Source of the DNA: an uncultured Gammaproteobacteria bacterium
Lineage (GTDB): Bacteria; Patescibacteriota; Patescibacteriia; Magasanikbacterales; GWA2-37-8
Assembly: GCA_964624315.1 (NCBI GenBank)
Contig: CAZUWJ010000001.1
Coordinates: 21,160 to 85,159 of the forward strand
Direction: 5' to 3'
Length of the DNA stretch: 64,000 bases
The position numbers were made by a program, and so were the translations under genes. Position 1 is the stretch's first letter, and each line of letters begins with the position of its first letter. Below, one piece after another: positions 59,510 through 64,000 of the stretch. Below the pieces are notes generated by a model. That model worked only from the letters and a program-made list of their open reading frames with translations. It searched no databases and was not told where the DNA came from.

Positions 59510-59989
59510 TTATTTTAAACCCATTTCAAAAGCTTTTTTATTTTCTTCCCAGTTTGGTTTTGTGGATAATTTTTCTTCCAAAAGTTTAAAAGCATTCTCC
59601 AATATATCAATTTTATTTTCTTTTAATTTTTTTAAAATTACCCCTAGAAAAAATATATTAAAACTAAACAATGAAATACTTTGTTCTTTTAGTCTATCTT
59701 TAAAATCTAAAATATCTATTTTTTCTGTTTTATCTCCGATATAATTTTTTATTCTTTCTCTCGCTTGGTCTGACAAAATTAAAACAACATCAGCCTGGCT
59801 AAATTTTGGATAGACAATCTCATCTTCTGAAATTTTTATAAAAGATAAAGAGACGCCACCTCTTTGTTCCAAGCCATAATTTGGAATTTGCATGATATCC
59901 AAACCACTCTCAAAAACACTGTTCGATAAAATCTTTGAAATAAGTTGTACACCTTGTCCGCCGTCTCCGGCAAGTAAAATTTTTAACAT
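59510..59989 (-). CDS. 2-oxoacid:ferredoxin oxidoreductase gamma subunit
   Basis: AGDGGQG, PNYGLEQRGG. Confidence 0.88.
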   Translation of the reverse strand: MLKILLAGDGGQGVQLISKILSNSVFESGLDIMQIPNYGLEQRGGVSLSFIKISEDEIVYPKFSQADVVLILSDQARERIKNYIGDKTEKIDILDFKDRLKEQSISLFSFNIFFLGVILKKLKENKIDILENAFKLLEEKLSTKPNWEENKKAFEMGLK

Positions 59990-60014
59990 AAGTTTATAAT
60001 AATTTTAATATAAC

Positions 60015-60081
60015 TGTCATCCTGAGTGAAACGAAGGATCTTAATTCCGCTACTAGATTCTTCGCTCCACTCAGAATGACA
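60015..60081. repeat. REP-like palindromic element
   Basis: TGTCATCCTGAGTGAAACGAAGGATCT ... AGATTCTTCGCTCCACTCAGAATGACA. Confidence 0.85.
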
Positions 60082-60087
60082 ACCTGA

Positions 60088-60771
60088 TTATATCTCCCCC
60101 AACTTAAACACTTCTTTTAGACTGTTTAATTTATTAATAGTATCTACCCCTTTGGTTTTCCAGTTAGTCGGACACATCGACAATATCTCAACACAAGCAA
60201 AATGACCAGACTTTTGAGTTTCAACTGCTTTTTCAATATAACTTTTTAAATTCCCCACATCATTTACGGCAGTTCTAGCTAAAAATGCTTTTTCACTAGC
60301 TACTTCACGTAAAAGTTTTATACCGTCTAATGGCTCTGCTTCCACACCTTCTGGGGTAGTATCTGTTTTTTGCCCTTTTAAAGTTGTTGGAGCCGTTTGC
60401 CCTCCAGTCATTGCATAAATAGTATTATTAACCACCAAAATTGTAACAGGCTCATCACGCCTAGCTGCCCACAGTAAACTTTGCAATCCAATAGCATAAG
60501 CTCCGCCGTCTCCAGTTAATCCAATGACGGTTGAATCTTTTTTGGCTCTTTTAAAACCCATGATAGTTGGGGTCACCCGACCGTGATGAGTCTGAAAAGT
60601 ATTAATAGGCAAAAAATTCCAAGCCAAAAGTGAACAACCAATATCAAGCCCTAAAACTGATTTTTCTTTTATACCCATATCAGACAAAACTTTTTCTAAA
60701 ATCATTAAAACTATGGGGTAGCCACAGCCAGGACAAAATTTACAGGCACTATTATTTATTTCTTTATTCAT
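60088..60771 (-). CDS. 2-oxoacid:ferredoxin oxidoreductase beta (TPP-binding) subunit
   Basis: FCPGCG, IGCS, HGR, GDG, NN.IYAMTGGQ.APT, CPT. Confidence 0.92.
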   Translation of the reverse strand: MNKEINNSACKFCPGCGYPIVLMILEKVLSDMGIKEKSVLGLDIGCSLLAWNFLPINTFQTHHGRVTPTIMGFKRAKKDSTVIGLTGDGGAYAIGLQSLLWAARRDEPVTILVVNNTIYAMTGGQTAPTTLKGQKTDTTPEGVEAEPLDGIKLLREVASEKAFLARTAVNDVGNLKSYIEKAVETQKSGHFACVEILSMCPTNWKTKGVDTINKLNSLKEVFKLGEI

Positions 60772-60780
60772 ATTAATTTT

Positions 60781-61806
60781 TTATAAGTTAGAAATTTTAT
60801 CCATAATTTCTTCCGCCTCAATCCCTACGGCTGGTTTTTGTAAATAATGAAAACTAACATTAGAACAATCTTCTATTCCATCTTTGACTAATTTGGACAA
60901 TTGCCCAAAACTTGATTCTACAATTAAAACTTTTTTAACTTTATTTAAATTTTTATTTAAACTCTCGATATCTAACGGTCGCAAAGTTATAGGACGCCAT
61001 AGTCCAACTTTTTTATTCTCTTTTCTTAATTTTTTTACAGCTAATTTAGCCGCTGCCCCGACTATACCGTGAGCAATAATTAAAATTTCAGCGCCCTCTG
61101 TTTCAAATTCTTCAGACTCCACAACTTCAACTGACATCTTTTCAAAATCCGATTTTGTTTTTTCTAATTCCTCAAATAATTCTTCTTCAAAAGTAAAAAT
61201 ATTCCTCCAATGTTTTATTTCCCCTTCTTTAACCAAAGGATATGGTTTTTCATTTTCTAAATTTTCAAACTTAGAAAAATCGACCACTCCTTTTGTTTTT
61301 AAAAGATAACCATCAGTCAAAATAATAGTTGGAAACCTATATTTCCAAGCATTGTTAAACGCCAACCGAGCCATAAAATATAGTTCTTCCAAATTAGAAG
61401 CAGAATAAACCAGGCGCATCCCTTCGCCGTTACCACCATAACAAGCCAGCGTAACTTCTTGTTGAGAATAAATCACCGTACCAGAAGAAGGTCCACCTCT
61501 TTGAGCCACAACTGTTACGAACGGCAAACGCATCCCTTCGGCCATAGACAACCCGTCCTGCATCAAAACATGACCTGGGCCAGCAGTAGCTGTAAACGTT
61601 TTTTGCCCAGCAATAGCCGCTCCACACACAGCAAAGCCAGCCGCTATTTCATCTTCGGTCTGTAAATATTTTTTACCACTCCCAATCCAGCCAGTAAAAA
61701 CTTCTGTCCCCGGGGTTATGGGATAACCATACATCATCTCTGCCCCAGCGTCTATTACTCCTCTGACTACGACTTCGGAGCCAGTTAAAAAATGTTTTTT
61801 ATTCAT
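60781..61806 (-). CDS. 2-oxoacid:ferredoxin oxidoreductase alpha subunit
   Basis: YGYPITP, EDEIAA, TATAGPG, QRGGPS. Confidence 0.92.
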   Translation of the reverse strand: MNKKHFLTGSEVVVRGVIDAGAEMMYGYPITPGTEVFTGWIGSGKKYLQTEDEIAAGFAVCGAAIAGQKTFTATAGPGHVLMQDGLSMAEGMRLPFVTVVAQRGGPSSGTVIYSQQEVTLACYGGNGEGMRLVYSASNLEELYFMARLAFNNAWKYRFPTIILTDGYLLKTKGVVDFSKFENLENEKPYPLVKEGEIKHWRNIFTFEEELFEELEKTKSDFEKMSVEVVESEEFETEGAEILIIAHGIVGAAAKLAVKKLRKENKKVGLWRPITLRPLDIESLNKNLNKVKKVLIVESSFGQLSKLVKDGIEDCSNVSFHYLQKPAVGIEAEEIMDKISNL

Positions 61807-62569
61807 ATTTTTTTAAATCATTAGCTTTTTGTAATTCTTCATTTGTATTTATGCCACACCACTCGGCCGAATCTTTTAATTCTACCAAATTAGTTTTTTC
61901 ATTTTGTCTGTTAGCTATATCAACCATGCTTGGCAAACCATATTCTCCTAAACCCGGTATCGCTCCAATTTTTTGATAATTGGCCTCAAACCAGTCTCTC
62001 TCAAATATAAATGTGCCAGTAGAAATCTCTTTTATTTTTTTATCTTCATCACTTAAATTTTCTTTTTCTTTAATCTCAAACCTACCACCCTTTTTCAAAA
62101 CTCGTCCATATTGATGATATTGTAAATTATCAGCTATTTCTGAAATTAATAAAGTCAAAATAGCTCCGGAATCCAACTGTTTTTCTACCAAATCTTTCAA
62201 AGTATCAACTTTATAAAAAAGGCTGTCGTCCCCTCCTAACACTAAAACATGTTTTATGTTATCTCCTAAAACTTTTATACCTACATAGGCTGCGTGGGCA
62301 GTTCCTAGTCGTTCCTCTTGAAAAGCGTAAGTTACTTCACTGCCAAAATAATCAACTACCTTTTCTTTTTTAAAACCTATTACCAAACAAATTTGTTCAG
62401 GAGTCAAACCTAAACCTTTTAAAGTTTCTATAGTATAATAAACCATCGGCTTACCCGATACTTCTAACATTACTTTTGGTTTGTCCACGCAATTCAAGCG
62501 AGTCCCTTTGCCAGCTGACAAAACTACTGCCCCTAAATTTTCTAAATTAATGACTGACATACTCTGCAA
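61799..62569 (-). CDS. GlmU-like nucleotidyltransferase (N-terminal domain only)
   Basis: VLSAGKGTR, KPK, QEERLGTAHA, GGD, YGR, GIN; lacks the left-handed beta-helix acetyltransferase domain. Confidence 0.85.
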   Translation of the reverse strand: MQSMSVINLENLGAVVLSAGKGTRLNCVDKPKVMLEVSGKPMVYYTIETLKGLGLTPEQICLVIGFKKEKVVDYFGSEVTYAFQEERLGTAHAAYVGIKVLGDNIKHVLVLGGDDSLFYKVDTLKDLVEKQLDSGAILTLLISEIADNLQYHQYGRVLKKGGRFEIKEKENLSDEDKKIKEISTGTFIFERDWFEANYQKIGAIPGLGEYGLPSMVDIANRQNEKTNLVELKDSAEWCGINTNEELQKANDLKKYE

Positions 62570-63176
62570 TATCTAGTAAATTATAAAAATACGGTAGGCG
62601 CGCTAAATCATATTTAACTTTTAAAACATGCTCATTGGCTTTTATAACAGTTCTTAATTTAGTATAAATTCTATTCATTTGAACCGCCTGCTTTATTTCA
62701 TTGTCTATAAACCAAACATGTTTATCTTCAGTTTTTTCTAAAAGTTCACCAATGACATGCTGTTTGGTATCATCAACAAAAAACAATCTATCAAAATATT
62801 TATCTACCCCAGACAATTTTACTTTAAACTCTTGAAAGCTAGGCTCTCCCAAACTTAAAAGTACCAAACTATCACCTGTTTGTTTTAATTTTTCCAAAAA
62901 ATTAAATACTTCAGGAAATAATATTTCTGGCATTTTTTTATTAACTTCATCTAATTTTGCTAAAACTTCTTTTTTTACAAAACCATATTTATAATGCAAA
63001 ATATCAGCATGACGTTTATCGCAGTATGTTGAAATATTCTCATCATCGTAACGCGCCTCACTATAGGAATTCCAGTAAATTTCTTCGCTCACACCTAAAG
63101 ATAACAAAGCTTTCATTCTTTCTTTTTTGAATTTCTGCGTATCTAATAAAGTGTCGTCAAAATCTATAATATACAT
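62547..63176 (-). CDS. HAD family hydrolase
   Basis: IIDFDDTL motif I, FIDN motif IV. Confidence 0.8.
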   Translation of the reverse strand: MYIIDFDDTLLDTQKFKKERMKALLSLGVSEEIYWNSYSEARYDDENISTYCDKRHADILHYKYGFVKKEVLAKLDEVNKKMPEILFPEVFNFLEKLKQTGDSLVLLSLGEPSFQEFKVKLSGVDKYFDRLFFVDDTKQHVIGELLEKTEDKHVWFIDNEIKQAVQMNRIYTKLRTVIKANEHVLKVKYDLARLPYFYNLLDIAEYVSH

Positions 63177-63194
63177 ATTTATAATTCATGATTT

Positions 63195-63261
63195 TGTCAT
63201 CCTGAGTGGAACGAAGGATCTAACAACGTACTTAAAATTCTTCGCTCCACTCAGAATGACA
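63195..63261. repeat. REP-like palindromic element
   Basis: TGTCATCCTGAGTGGAACGAAGGATCT ... TTCTTCGCTCCACTCAGAATGACA. Confidence 0.85.
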
Positions 63262-63268
63262 TTTTGTT

Positions 63269-64000
63269 TTAAAGGCTCTTCCAAAGATTATCAAAAATTA
63301 ATCTTTGCATTTTATAAACTCCCTGGTTTTCTATCACCACCCCCACTGGTTCACTTTTAGCATCGAGTGAAATATAGGCGGTTTTACCTGGATAAATAAA
63401 AATATATGTTGGCGTGTCATTTTCAGACGCTTCCAGCCATTTTCTTTCGTCCATTCCACGTAATTCCCCGCCCTGACCCAAGGCAATGGCTTTTACTTTT
63501 ATGCCTTTTGATATTCTAACATCTGAAAAAGTTTCAAAATCATTATAAAGGAACTCTCTAATACCAGCAGTTGAATATACCCTGTATTCTTTTTCAATAG
63601 TATCATCACAAACACCAAGCACGTCTTCTAATATCTTATAGATTTCTTTCTTACCATAATATCTAGAAATTGGCTTATTTCCCCCACTATGATGGAGTGA
63701 CTTTAATTCAGGGATAAATCTTTCTAATTTTTTATCTACCTCTCCTAGCTCTAAAGAACGATTTTTAACCAAATCATGTAATTTTACTGGATCTTCAGCC
63801 ACAAAGTACTGTTTTTTATTCTTTTCATAAAAAGAAACCAAACCTTTTTCTTTTAATTCTTTCAAAAGATCATAAACTGTCCCCCTGTTAATTTGGCTAT
63901 ATTCAGCCAAAGCACGAACAGAAGAAGGCCCTAATTCTAATAAATTAAGATATATTTTAGCGCTTTTGTCAGAAAAACCTAATTTTTTAAATAATGTTAT
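63269..64000 (-). CDS. TrmB-family transcriptional regulator (5' end outside window)
   Basis: Frame open to window edge: LGFS...IYL.LL..G...LAE...INRGTVYD.L..L..KGLV. Confidence 0.85.
   Translation of the reverse strand: MTLFKKLGFSDKSAKIYLNLLELGPSSVRALAEYSQINRGTVYDLLKELKEKGLVSFYEKNKKQYFVAEDPVKLHDLVKNRSLELGEVDKKLERFIPELKSLHHSGGNKPISRYYGKKEIYKILEDVLGVCDDTIEKEYRVYSTAGIREFLYNDFETFSDVRISKGIKVKAIALGQGGELRGMDERKWLEASENDTPTYIFIYPGKTAYISLDAKSEPVGVVIENQGVYKMQRLIFDNLWKSL

Noticed and set aside
8859-63360. Numerous short antisense ORFs in the track overlapping housekeeping genes
   Set aside because: Shadow frames of well-supported genes with no independent motifs

Overview
AT-rich bacterial chromosome segment, most consistent with a CPR/Patescibacteria genome: the S10-spc cluster lacks rpmD/L30, none of the four tRNAs encodes CCA, and there is little biosynthesis. 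Most of the window is housekeeping: der, pth, dprA, topA, rel, parAB, asnS, recO, map, adk, secY, tuf, ribosomal proteins, rpsA, gyrA, nusB, rnc and glmS. The accessory highlights are as follows. (1) A complete diversity-generating retroelement at 1.5-4.5 kb, with target gene/VR, TR, Avd and RT; all 24 TR/VR mismatches fall at TR adenines and the strands alternate -/+/-/+. (2) The DGR and a BcgI-like restriction-modification pair sit as tandem cassettes between 95-bp direct repeats that mimic the 3' end of the adjacent tRNA-Arg(GCG). (3) A recurring expression architecture on two ORFan lipoprotein genes inside the secY-adk junction, and probably on the DGR target: promoter, boxA-like box, a segment complementary to the gene's own stop-codon region, a long hairpin, ORF, terminator. 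boxA-like boxes also precede nusB and rpsJ(nusE). (4) Palindromic repeats translated in-frame inside L3, S1, S5 and a FemAB protein. (5) A GIY-YIG/tRNA-Leu duplication locus. (6) A relic trp attenuator with a trpB 5' fragment. (7) A possible GNA1-type UDP-GlcNAc pathway clustered with a 2-oxoacid:ferredoxin oxidoreductase. All calls come from manual reading; no database searches were run.
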